From positions 2,176,001 to 2,240,000 of the forward strand of contig OZ257142.1 of NCBI GenBank assembly GCA_965279035.1: DNA of 64,000 bases, given 5' to 3'. Under the pieces are notes generated by a model. That model did not search any database, was not told the DNA's origin, and saw only the letters and a list, made by a program, of their open reading frames with translations. The translations under genes were made by a program, and so were the position numbers. The stretch comes from Bacteroidia bacterium (GTDB lineage Bacteria; Bacteroidota; Bacteroidia; M30B66). Of the stretch, positions 30,890-41,200 are shown in pieces. Every line of letters starts with the position of its first letter. Positions within the stretch are counted from its first letter, which is position 1.

Positions 30890-33800
30890 ATGAGAGGATT
30901 CTTGTTTTTATTTTTTTCGTTTCTATTATTTAACAATACGTATAGTCAAGGAATTTTTCGCGGGAAAATTTCTGATCCTAATGGTGAAACAATCATTGGT
31001 GCTGCAGTTGTTCTTAAAGCAAATAAATCGATAGGAGCAATCACCGATTTTGATGGAAATTTCTCATTATCAATCAAAGATTCCCTACCTCAAACTATAG
31101 TAATTACTTTTGTTGGATATACCCCTATTGAAGATGTTATCAGATTTAATTTTAGAGGTGAAGTTGTTATTCGAAATTATACGATGTCGCTTAAGCAAAA
31201 TGACATTAAACAAGTAGAAGTTTTTGCAACAGCTATAAAGAATAAGGATTATTATTTAGAAAATCTTAAGAAGAAATCTTCCGCTTCCATTGATTACATT
31301 TCTTCAGAAACAATGAAGAAAACAGGTGATAATAATGTAACTGCTGCTATATCCCGCGTTAGTGGAGTTTCAACAAATGGTAGTTTTATTACAGTTCGAG
31401 GTATTGGCGATAGATACCTTAAAACCAATATTAATGGCTTGAGAATTCCAACACTAGATCCATTTACTAACAATATTAAACTTGATTTATTTCCTTCAAG
31501 TTTGGTTGATAATATCATCATTACGAAAACAGCTTCTCCAGATTTACCGGGCGATTGGGCTGGTGCATATATATCCGTTGAAACAAAAGAATATCCTGAG
31601 AATTTATCTGTAAATATAGAATCTATGTTTGGGTATAATGCTCAAACAACAGGTAAGGATATGTTAACGAGTTCAAGAAGTAGTACTGATTGGCTAGGCT
31701 ACGACAATGGATATCGGAATGTAGATCATAATGCGTTTGTTCCTGTAAATGTTGAACCTTCCACATATCAAGAGATGGCTGCATTAGGATTAAAGGATTA
31801 CTATGCTTCATTGGGAATTAATGAACAATCCAATTGGAATGACACGTATTTTAAATTGGGTTTAATTCAATTAGGCTTATTGAAAAAGGGGCATTTTTAT
31901 AATCAAACTGCTTTTAGTGAAGCTAGAAATCTATTCAATAGCGACCAGTATAGCGGGAAAGCATTTTCTATAATTAATAAAAAAGCTGCCGAGAATGCAC
32001 AAAATTATCCAAATAATTGGGACACTAAAATACGGAAAGGTCCAATGAATTTTAGTCAAAGTTTTTCTATTGGAAATCAAGTGATGTTGTTTGGGAAACC
32101 TCTCGGCTTTCTTACCGGTTTTAGATATGGAAGTACCATGCAAAACGATCCCAATGCTGTTGCAAATAGGGCTGGTGTTGATGCTGATGGAAATGTTTCA
32201 ACTGCAAGGTCTATTACACAATTTGTTTGTCGTGAAACAAACGGTTGGAGCGGATTAGTTAATTTATCATATAAGTTGTCTTCTAACCATAGTGTTTCTT
32301 TACTATTTATGCCAAATTTTACTGGTGTAAATAATGTTCGGAATGATACGGAAGAAGATTTCTCTGGTGCAGCTTTATTCGTTTATACAAAAAGCCAGTT
32401 TTATGAACAGAGAAAACAACTTGTTTATCAATTAAAAACAGAACATTATTTTCCTAAAACAAAAATAAAGCTTGATGCGAATGTTTCATATACAAAAGGA
32501 AAAAGTATTGCTCCCGATTTTAAAAGTTTCACCTATTTCCTAAGTACTGATAGTATTTATTTAATAGATAGAACAGCTTCAAGTACAAGTAGATACTATC
32601 GCTATCTTGATGAAAACTTGATTGATTCAAAGATTTCTGCCGAAATGCCCATCAGTAAAAAAACAGGTTTAATTCGTAAAATTAAAATTGGAGGTGGATA
32701 TCAACATAATAATCGTAAGAATGATCAATACAATTACTTGTTAAAATTTACTATTCCTGAAAATTATCAAATTACGAATGGTGATATCTCTCCCTTCTTT
32801 AAATTAGAGGACTTTGCATTAAACAATAATAAAATTATTTCTTATTACGAACGAGATGAAAACCCGGGCAATAGAAGTATTGGTTACAGTCAAATAATTT
32901 CAGCATTTGCTATGACAGATTATAATATTAATACAGTGCTTCGTATATCTGGAGGATTAAGAGTTGAAGATGCAATATTGTTTACTGATGTTTATTTATA
33001 TGATTCACTAGGTTACAAAGCAAATGATGGTAGGCGTTATTATCCTTATGGGATTATTGAATTAGCTCCTAATCCAGGAGATCTTCACAAACTAAACTTG
33101 TTGCCAAGCGTCAATATCATTTATAAATTAAGGAGTGACGAAGAAAAGCCTATTAATCTTCGTATGAACTTTAGTAAAACAGTCGCTAGACCTAGTATTC
33201 GGGAACTTTCTGAAATATTTGTATACGATTATGAATTACGTGCGAGTGTATTTGGAAATTCTGACTTGAAAATGGTTGATATCAATAATTATGATATCCG
33301 GTTAGAAAATTATTTTAAATCAGGTGATAATATTTCGGTAAGTCTTTTTTATAAGGATTTCAAAAACCACATTGAATTGGTGAATTCAAACATCGGTTAT
33401 AGTTGGCAAAATGTAGATAAATCTCGAGCAATGGGAATAGAACTAGAAGGGAAAAAGAAAATTACTAAAAATCTGGATTTTCGTTCAAATATTACCATTA
33501 CGAATTCTTCTTCCGAATTTGTTCAAAAAATACTTCAACTCAATAATGGAGTAAAAACATATATTCCTATTGATACAATAAAGAGGGCCATGTTTGGACA
33601 AGCTCCGTACGTTTTAAATGGAATATTATCATACACTTCAGATTCACTTGGATTGAATGTAACTGTTAGTTACAACCGACAAGGAAAACGATTGGTGATA
33701 GCTGGTGGTGGTTCTATAGCAGATGTTTACGAAATGCCACGAAATTTAATTGATATTAAATTGAGTAAAAACATTGGCAAACATTTTAGTGTATCTTTTA

Positions 33801-33922
33801 CCATTCGTGATTTACTAAATTCTCCAATTCGAAGAACTTACAATTTTGATGGAATCAATATCGATTATGATAAATATCGTTTTGGAACTAACTATCAAAT
33901 TGGTATTCAATACAAACTCTAA
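30890..33922 (+). CDS. TonB-dependent receptor (non-SusC type)
   Basis: N-terminal GAITDFDGNFSL domain; plug AISRVSGVS...VRGIGDRY...LDLFPSSLVDNIIITKTASPDLPGD; FSKTVARPSIRE; GNSDLK; ends GIQYKL. Confidence 0.93.
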   Translation: MRGFLFLFFSFLLFNNTYSQGIFRGKISDPNGETIIGAAVVLKANKSIGAITDFDGNFSLSIKDSLPQTIVITFVGYTPIEDVIRFNFRGEVVIRNYTMSLKQNDIKQVEVFATAIKNKDYYLENLKKKSSASIDYISSETMKKTGDNNVTAAISRVSGVSTNGSFITVRGIGDRYLKTNINGLRIPTLDPFTNNIKLDLFPSSLVDNIIITKTASPDLPGDWAGAYISVETKEYPENLSVNIESMFGYNAQTTGKDMLTSSRSSTDWLGYDNGYRNVDHNAFVPVNVEPSTYQEMAALGLKDYYASLGINEQSNWNDTYFKLGLIQLGLLKKGHFYNQTAFSEARNLFNSDQYSGKAFSIINKKAAENAQNYPNNWDTKIRKGPMNFSQSFSIGNQVMLFGKPLGFLTGFRYGSTMQNDPNAVANRAGVDADGNVSTARSITQFVCRETNGWSGLVNLSYKLSSNHSVSLLFMPNFTGVNNVRNDTEEDFSGAALFVYTKSQFYEQRKQLVYQLKTEHYFPKTKIKLDANVSYTKGKSIAPDFKSFTYFLSTDSIYLIDRTASSTSRYYRYLDENLIDSKISAEMPISKKTGLIRKIKIGGGYQHNNRKNDQYNYLLKFTIPENYQITNGDISPFFKLEDFALNNNKIISYYERDENPGNRSIGYSQIISAFAMTDYNINTVLRISGGLRVEDAILFTDVYLYDSLGYKANDGRRYYPYGIIELAPNPGDLHKLNLLPSVNIIYKLRSDEEKPINLRMNFSKTVARPSIRELSEIFVYDYELRASVFGNSDLKMVDINNYDIRLENYFKSGDNISVSLFYKDFKNHIELVNSNIGYSWQNVDKSRAMGIELEGKKKITKNLDFRSNITITNSSSEFVQKILQLNNGVKTYIPIDTIKRAMFGQAPYVLNGILSYTSDSLGLNVTVSYNRQGKRLVIAGGGSIADVYEMPRNLIDIKLSKNIGKHFSVSFTIRDLLNSPIRRTYNFDGINIDYDKYRFGTNYQIGIQYKL

Positions 33923-33924
33923 CA

Positions 33925-35310
33925 ATGGAATACGTTAAGAAGTCTACTTTATCCAATTCCATTCATCCATATTGGAGATGGAATTTAATTATTATTTCCC
34001 TTTTTCTTTCAATGCTTTCATTAGATATACATGCTCAAATTGAAAATGTTATTGTAGAAACATATTATATTTCGGATGCTCAAGATGCAACAGATACACT
34101 TGGTGGTCATTTAGATGTAGGTTCAACTACTTATCGAATTTATGTTGATTTAGTACCTGGAGTAAAACTTCGAAAAATATATGGAGATCAAAATCACCCA
34201 TTAATATTCTCTAGTTCTGAGCTGTTTTTTAATAATAAAGTGGATGGGCAATCTTTCGGAAAAGACTTTACTAAAACAAGACTCCAAGAAAACACAGTTG
34301 CATTAGATTCATGGTTAACATTGGGCCAAACAACTCGCGTATCATCAAAAACAACGTTTGGTGTTTTAAAAACAAATGATGATGATGGATCCTTTATCGG
34401 CGGAGTAAACAATGATGGAGGAAGTGAAGTAATTTCAACAGGGCTTTTAGTTAATAATGATCCTGAAGCTGGAATACCATTAACCACTGCTGATGGGATG
34501 GATACATTAACTCATACACCCGAAGCATGGGCCGATTATGGCATTCGAAATATTCTTACCTTAGAAGATTCATCAATTTTTGGTTCTATAATTCCAGTAT
34601 CACATTTTGAAAGCCGGAATGCTTATTTAACAAATTCGGGAGTAATGGGTGTTGATAGTGCTTTGAATCATATTTTAATTGCACAATTAACTACAAAGGG
34701 TGATCTCACATTTGAATTAAATTTAGAAGTTGAAGTTCCAACCATTACAGGAACTGAAATAATTAAATTGGTAGCTCGTGATTCTGTTCTTAATCAGGGA
34801 GAACAGTTATCTGCATTCTTAACATATCCACAAACGTGTGGTTGTCAAGATTCTGATTATTTAGAATATAGCCCTGCGTATGCTTGTAATATTCAGGATT
34901 CATGCAAAACATTATTATCACTTGGTTGTATGGATCCAATGGCTTGTAATTTTGATCCAAATGCTAATTTCAATATTCAGGAATTATGTTGCTATATAGG
35001 AAATTGTAATGATTTAGATATTTCAGTTTTATGTCCAAACCTGGGGTTTGATGAAATCGCTTCTAATACTCTTCGAATTTACCCCAATCCAACGGAATCC
35101 GTTATAACAGCAAAAACATACTTTGCCCAAGGAATTCCCTATCATGTTGTAATTATCGATTTTGCTGGAAGATTGATGAAATCAATTTATTATACCAATT
35201 TGAATTCAGGAACTGCATCCATTGATTTATCTAGCTTGACAAATGGACTGTACCATGTACGTTTCATTTCATCTGAAAATACATTTTCTGGACGTGTAAT
35301 TAAGCAATAG
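33925..35310 (+). CDS. T9SS type A CTD protein with TYRxYVD domain (paralog 2) and Cys-rich GCxD repeats
   Basis: IENVIVETYYISDAQDA...TYRIYVDL...LDSWLTLG...ILIAQLTT; GCQDSDY and GCMDPMACNFDPNA; CTD IYPNPTES. Confidence 0.87.
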   Translation: MEYVKKSTLSNSIHPYWRWNLIIISLFLSMLSLDIHAQIENVIVETYYISDAQDATDTLGGHLDVGSTTYRIYVDLVPGVKLRKIYGDQNHPLIFSSSELFFNNKVDGQSFGKDFTKTRLQENTVALDSWLTLGQTTRVSSKTTFGVLKTNDDDGSFIGGVNNDGGSEVISTGLLVNNDPEAGIPLTTADGMDTLTHTPEAWADYGIRNILTLEDSSIFGSIIPVSHFESRNAYLTNSGVMGVDSALNHILIAQLTTKGDLTFELNLEVEVPTITGTEIIKLVARDSVLNQGEQLSAFLTYPQTCGCQDSDYLEYSPAYACNIQDSCKTLLSLGCMDPMACNFDPNANFNIQELCCYIGNCNDLDISVLCPNLGFDEIASNTLRIYPNPTESVITAKTYFAQGIPYHVVIIDFAGRLMKSIYYTNLNSGTASIDLSSLTNGLYHVRFISSENTFSGRVIKQ

Positions 35311-35315
35311 TTCTC

Positions 35316-36062
35316 ATGAAAATATTTGAAAAATATAGTCTTGCTGTTACCCTTTTACTTGGTTTTTTCAATTGTTCTGTTTTTACATCTTGTGTTAAAG
35401 ACAACGACAATGAACCAGTACCAACAAATTTAACTTCAACAGTAACTGATGTTGATAATAATATCTATAAAACAGTTAAAATTGGAAATTCGTGGTGGAT
35501 GGCCGAAAATTTAAAAGTAACCAAATACCGAAACGGCAATTCAATCACACAAGCTCAAGATTTAACTAATTGGAATTCATCTCTTGAAGCCTACTGTTTA
35601 TTTGATAATAATTCAACTTCCCCTGGATTGCTTTATAATTGGGGCGCCGTAAATAATTCAAATGGATTGGCTCCAGAAGGTTGGCACGTTGCTACTGAAC
35701 AAGATTGGAAAAATCTAGAAAAAGAATTAGGAATGTCAGAAGAAAATCTCGATAAACTAAACTGGCGAGAAGAGGGTAGATGTGGTGATAAATTAAAAAT
35801 AGAAGCTCCCAAAGGATGGTCTTCTTATGGTTCATTATGGCCAGATAATTCAAGTGGTTTTACTGCATTAGCAGGTGGATGTAGATTGTATAATGGTCAA
35901 TGGTCAAATCCCGGACTTTTTGCAACGGGCTTTTGGTGGTCTTCAACTGAAAATGATTTTAATTCTGCTTGGTTTAGGCAATTAGATTATAAAAAATCTG
36001 GTATATTTCGTTTCTACGTTCAAAAAACATATGGAATGAGTATTCGATGTGTTAAAGACTAA
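35316..36062 (+). CDS. FISUMP (Fibrobacter succinogenes major paralogous domain) lipoprotein
   Basis: Lipobox FTSC; TDVDNNIYKTVKIG..WMAENL; GLLYNW; LAPEGWHV; GFTAL; GMSIRCVKD. Confidence 0.92.
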   Translation: MKIFEKYSLAVTLLLGFFNCSVFTSCVKDNDNEPVPTNLTSTVTDVDNNIYKTVKIGNSWWMAENLKVTKYRNGNSITQAQDLTNWNSSLEAYCLFDNNSTSPGLLYNWGAVNNSNGLAPEGWHVATEQDWKNLEKELGMSEENLDKLNWREEGRCGDKLKIEAPKGWSSYGSLWPDNSSGFTALAGGCRLYNGQWSNPGLFATGFWWSSTENDFNSAWFRQLDYKKSGIFRFYVQKTYGMSIRCVKD

Positions 36063-36079
36063 TCACGTATATTTTTTTT

Positions 36080-36111
36080 AGCGCGATTCATATACGATTC
36101 GCGCTTTTTTT
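36080..36111 (+). terminator. Intrinsic terminator
   Basis: AGCGCGATTC-ATATAC-GATTCGCGCT stem with one mismatch, followed by a T-run. Confidence 0.8.
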
Positions 36112-36556
36112 ATTTTAGATTCTAACTAAGGAAATGCATTTTATTATTTAAATCAATTATTTAATTACTCATAAACAGAATGTTTACTATCATTTCATAT
36201 TTTAGTTAATAATATACAGATTTAACAAGCGTCATTTTGTTTTGTTTTATTAGTTAAATAGAGCATTTGGTATTGAATCCCATTAATTTCATTTTAATAA
36301 TTGTCAATCTAACAATGATTTTATGAATTCTAACTTCTATTGACAATAATGATTAATTTGTTCAATATAAATTCAATGTTAAATCCCATTCTTTAATTAA
36401 GAATTAATTATTTTAATGTGAATTTGTAGGTCTATTTAAGTAACCTAATTCTTTCAATTAATTAATATTTTAATAAGTATTACAATCACATATTCAAATA
36501 GTTAAACTCAATATTTGTGCTGCTCAATAATGAGCTAAAACAACCACATAATAATC

Positions 36557-38248
36557 ATGAAAAAAAATCTTACAAATTTTGCAGCATTGGCTTTGATTGC
36601 CCTTGCTGCTAATTTCGAGGCTTCTGCTCAGAACGACCTCGGAGCTGCATGCGGATGTCCTGCAGTAAATTTAAGAACTACTGAAATTTCGCTATCTTCT
36701 TTAGCGGTTGTTGGTGGACCTAATGATGGTGATTTAATTGCTACAAACACCATCCTAACTTGCGACAAAATTTATTTGTTGGACAACAAAATTTATGTTC
36801 CTGCAGGAAAGACATTGACTATTATGCCTGGTACTGTAATTAAAGGTACTCCAACAGGAACAACACTTGCAGCTAACGCAATTTTGGTTCAACGTGGTGG
36901 AAAAATCATCGCTGATGGTACTGCTAGCTGTCCAATTGTTTTTACTGCACAAGCTGATCCAATGGATGGTACATATGCAATGAGCAACAAAGGTAAATGG
37001 GGTGGAGTTGTACTTCTTGGTAAGGCAAAAAACAACTTAACTACTGCTTCTAATTATAGTTCTGCAGGTACAATTGGATGGCAAGGTACGGCTACCAATG
37101 TTGTTGATCCAACACAAGGTGGTGATGGTATTGGATTCGTAGAAGGTTTCCTAGCAGCCGATGCACGTAACCTTTACGGTATGCCTCCAGGACAAGAAGA
37201 TGATAACGATAATTCAGGTATCATTCGTTATGTTTCTATTCGTCACGCTGGTGCAACTGTTGGAGCTAACAATGAGCTTAATGGTCTTACTTGCGCTTCT
37301 GTTGGTCGCGGAACTACGCTAGACCATATTGAAGTAATTGCAAATGATGATGATGGTATCGAATTTTTTGGTGGTACTGTGAATATCAAATATGCTACAA
37401 TGATGTTTGGTAATGATGATATGTTTGACTATGATTTAGGCTGGAGAGGTAAAGCACAATTTATATTCGGAATTCAATTAGATAATGCTACTATTACTGG
37501 TGGAGACAATGGATTTGAGGCAGATAATGATGACCAAAAATCAAATTCATCATATGGTTCAAAATGTCAAATTTATAATGCAACATTTATTGGTAATGCA
37601 TTTACAGGAACTGCAACAGGTGGTGGTTCTGGACCAGCTGCAATCAAAGCTAAAGAAAGAACAGAAGGGGAAATTTACAGTTCAATTTTCGCTAATTTCA
37701 AAGGTGGTTTAGATTTAATTAAAGCTTTAGGAACTCGTACAGGTGCAATCGAATCATATCATAACTGGACTGGAGTTGATAATAATGGAACAGCTATCCC
37801 GGGTGGTGCCACACTTAAAGTTGGTTGCAACACATTTGTAAACTGTGTGAATCCTATCTCTATTGCTAACTCTACTGCTGCTCTAATTGCTGCTGATAAT
37901 ACAAAATTTACAACTGACGGAAATACAGCAGTTGCTAGTCTTCCAGGTTTTGACTATTCTTTCGCTGCAAGTGGTGTTACTGTATCAAATAAATACGACG
38001 CTACGCCTAATCCTAATGTGGCTTCAACATGTACTCCTCCAGTGAATGATGGATTCTTTACACCAACTAATTACCGTGGTGCATTTGATGCAAATGCAGC
38101 TTCTTGGTTATCTGATTGGGCTTATGCTAAATTAATTTCAGCTACTTCAGGTTTAGTTGCTTGTCCTACTGATATCAATAGATCAGGTACTACCGACATT
38201 GACGACTTCCTTGATTTAGTTGGTCAGTTCAATCAATCTTGTAATTAA
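36557..38248 (+). CDS. Secreted right-handed beta-helix protein with C-terminal Cys-flanked dockerin-like motif
   Basis: LTIMPGTVIKG, GGKIIADGT..PIVFT, GKWGGVVLLG, DNSGIIRYVSIRHAG, NELNGLT...VGRGT, DDGIEFFGGTVN, DNGFEADND, YRGAF. C-terminus CPTDINRSGTTDIDDFLDLVGQFNQSCN. SPI-type signal ASA-Q and no T9SS CTD. Confidence 0.88.
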   Translation: MKKNLTNFAALALIALAANFEASAQNDLGAACGCPAVNLRTTEISLSSLAVVGGPNDGDLIATNTILTCDKIYLLDNKIYVPAGKTLTIMPGTVIKGTPTGTTLAANAILVQRGGKIIADGTASCPIVFTAQADPMDGTYAMSNKGKWGGVVLLGKAKNNLTTASNYSSAGTIGWQGTATNVVDPTQGGDGIGFVEGFLAADARNLYGMPPGQEDDNDNSGIIRYVSIRHAGATVGANNELNGLTCASVGRGTTLDHIEVIANDDDGIEFFGGTVNIKYATMMFGNDDMFDYDLGWRGKAQFIFGIQLDNATITGGDNGFEADNDDQKSNSSYGSKCQIYNATFIGNAFTGTATGGGSGPAAIKAKERTEGEIYSSIFANFKGGLDLIKALGTRTGAIESYHNWTGVDNNGTAIPGGATLKVGCNTFVNCVNPISIANSTAALIAADNTKFTTDGNTAVASLPGFDYSFAASGVTVSNKYDATPNPNVASTCTPPVNDGFFTPTNYRGAFDANAASWLSDWAYAKLISATSGLVACPTDINRSGTTDIDDFLDLVGQFNQSCN

Positions 38249-38275
38249 TTATCACAAACTATCTAATTCATACCC

Positions 38276-41200
38276 ATGAAAAAAATATTGTTTGGCCTAG
38301 GTTTGCTTTTATCGGCAAATCTGGTAAACGCACAGAATGGTTTGGAAAACATCATAGTAGAAAAGTACTATGTTGCGAATTCGGCCGATGCATCTGGATC
38401 AGTAGGAACATTGCCTGTTGGATCTGTTACGTATCGTTTTTATGTAGACTTGCTACCTGGTTATAAGTTTCAAGCTGCTTATGGAAATGCTGATCATACA
38501 CTTGCATTTTCTACTTCAACTACATTCTTCAATAATGAAGATCGTGGTGCTGTAAGCCCTACCTATACGAAAACTCAAGCGAAAGCCAATACCGTAATGC
38601 TCGATTCTTGGTTATCTGTTGGTTCTGCATGTGCCGGTAACTTTGGTGTAATAAAATCAGAAGATGATGTTGCTTTAGGTGGTGCTACTGTAGTTAACAG
38701 TAACGGCATTCTTGCGAATAACGATCCTTCTGCGGGTATTGCTCTTACTGTTCAAGATGGTCTTTGGGCAGGTTCTCCTTCAGCTATTACAACTGTTGGA
38801 CAAACAGATGCACAAGCCGTTGTTTTTGATGCAACCAGTCAAGTTGGAAGCTCTTTTACATTAACTAATGGAGCATGGTCTTCTTTAGTTGGTGCACAAG
38901 GTCCTACAGCAAGCAATCGTGTACTTATTGCTCAAATTACTACCGATGGTATATTATCGTATGCATTGAATATTCAAGTTGGAACTCCAACAAGTGGTGT
39001 TCAACGTTTTGTTGCAAGCAATCCATTAGCTGGCGAAACTGTTCTTTCTAGTTTAACCGGTACTCTTGGTGCTCCTAACGTAGCTCCAACGATCTCTATC
39101 ACTTCACCTGCAACCGGTTCTGGTTTCATTACTGGTACAGTTGTGAATATCGCTGCTACTGCTGCTGATGCTGACGGAAGTGTTACTGGTGTTCAGTTCT
39201 TTGTTGATGGTATTTCAATTGGAACGGATAACACTTCTCCTTATACAGCTAATTATACAGGTGTTATTGGTGCACACGTGATTACTGCTGTTGCTACAGA
39301 TGATGCTGGTGCAACTACAACTGCAACGGCTGTAAATATCAACGTACAAAACAACCCTCCACCAACGGTTTCTATAACTGCACCTGCAAATGCTGCTGGT
39401 TATATTACAGGTGATGTAGTTAACATTACTGCAAATGCTTCTGATAATGGTTCTGTTGCTTCAGTTCAGTTTTTTGTTGATGGTGTTTCTGTTGGTACAG
39501 ATATAACTTCACCTTATGCTGCAACATATACATCTACACTTGGTTCACATACAATTACTGCTGTTGCTACAGATAACTTAGGTTTATCTACTACTTCTTC
39601 TTCAGTAACAATCACTGTTGTAAATAACCTTCCTCCAACAGCTGCTTTGACTTCTCCAGTATTTGGTGCATTGTTCACAGCTCCTGCTGTTGTTACTGTT
39701 TCTGCTAATGCTTCAGATCCTGATGGAACTGTTACTCAAGTAGAATTTTTCGTAAACAACGTTTCTATTGGTGTTGATGCATCTGCTCCTTACTCAGTAA
39801 ACTGGACAAGCGTAATTGGTTCTGCAAGCTTTACAGCTAAATCTACTGACGATCGTGGTGCTATCACTACTTCTGCTGCAGTTGTATTAAATATTGCTGA
39901 TCCGAATGCACTTCCTTATGCAATTGAAAGCTCTGTTAACGTTTGTAATAATGATACGTTCTGTCTTCCTTTAATGGTTGTTGATTCGGTTCAAAACATT
40001 ATTGGATATGACGTAACCATTAATTTCGATAACACGAAAGTTGCTCCAACAGGAGTTATCACAATGGCTGGTGATCTAGTTTTACCTAGCCGTGTTGACG
40101 TAATTAATAGCATCGATCTTCCTAATGGAAGAATCAATATCTCTGTTTTCTTTAACAGTTCAGCTCCTGCTGCTACTCGTTTTGTTGGAAATGGTGAATT
40201 ATTCTGTGTTCAGTTTGCAAAATTAGCTGGATTTGCTCCTTCGGATGTTGCGAACTTTACTGTTCCTTTCCTACAAGAAAGTTATTTCACTGGCGTTGAA
40301 TCTAAATTAGTTCAAGCAGGTGATTACACTTCTTACCGTGATACAGTGTATACTGGAACTTTAAAATTATGGTCTGACAACAGTCGTATTCCATACAATG
40401 TGGCTAATCCAAATCAATATTTGATTACAAACATTTCTGGAAATAATACAACATGTTCAAGCCCTTCATCAACATTAGTTCAACCTGATCTAAATGGTGT
40501 ATTCACTTATAGCGCTAATAATGGTCTTAACATTTCTATTACAAAAGACATTCTTGGTACTACAGATGTTCAACCAGTAATCAATGGATTTGATGGTTTG
40601 TTAACACGTCGTGTATTGTTGAATAATACTTCATTCGGTCTTCCATCTGTTTACAACATGATTGCTATGGATGTGAATATGGATGGAGTTGTTTCTGCTG
40701 GAGACAATTCTCAAATTAGCCAACGTTCTGTGTTGTTGATTCCAGAATTTAAACAAGCTTGGAATTATGATGTATTAGGTGTTTCTAACGGACAGCCTTC
40801 TAAAGATTGGATTTTTATTGATTCAACTCAAATTACTAACAGTGCGCAATATGCAATTTCTACTACGTATCCACTAAGTGATGGTGTTGGTTACTCTAAA
40901 TATGATCTTCCAACTCCTGCTTTTTGTTTACCAATTAAAGTAGTTAACTATTCAACTTGTCCTGAATACACTCCAGAAACATACAAAGGAATCTTAATAG
41001 GTGACGTTGATGGAAGTGTTTCTACAGCTAGCCCTAGCAGCTTATTTAAGTCAAATACCGAAAAAGTGGTATTCAATCTTTCAAATGCTATTGTTGCTGG
41101 TAATACAGTTGAAGTTCCTGTTTCTGTAATGTCTACAAATGATGTTTATGCAGTTGACTTTTCTATGCCATTAAATACAGATTTGATTTCTTTCAATTCA

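Noticed and set aside
30890-36062. Classical SusC/SusD polysaccharide utilisation locus
   Set aside because: The receptor lacks SusC motifs, the downstream lipoprotein is FISUMP rather than SusD, and no CAZyme is recognisable in the cluster.
29990-38660. Similar DNA in 29750 and 38276 as a possible diversity-generating retroelement TR/VR pair
   Set aside because: Differences are mostly synonymous third-position changes, not adenine-specific; both copies are coding and no reverse transcriptase is present.
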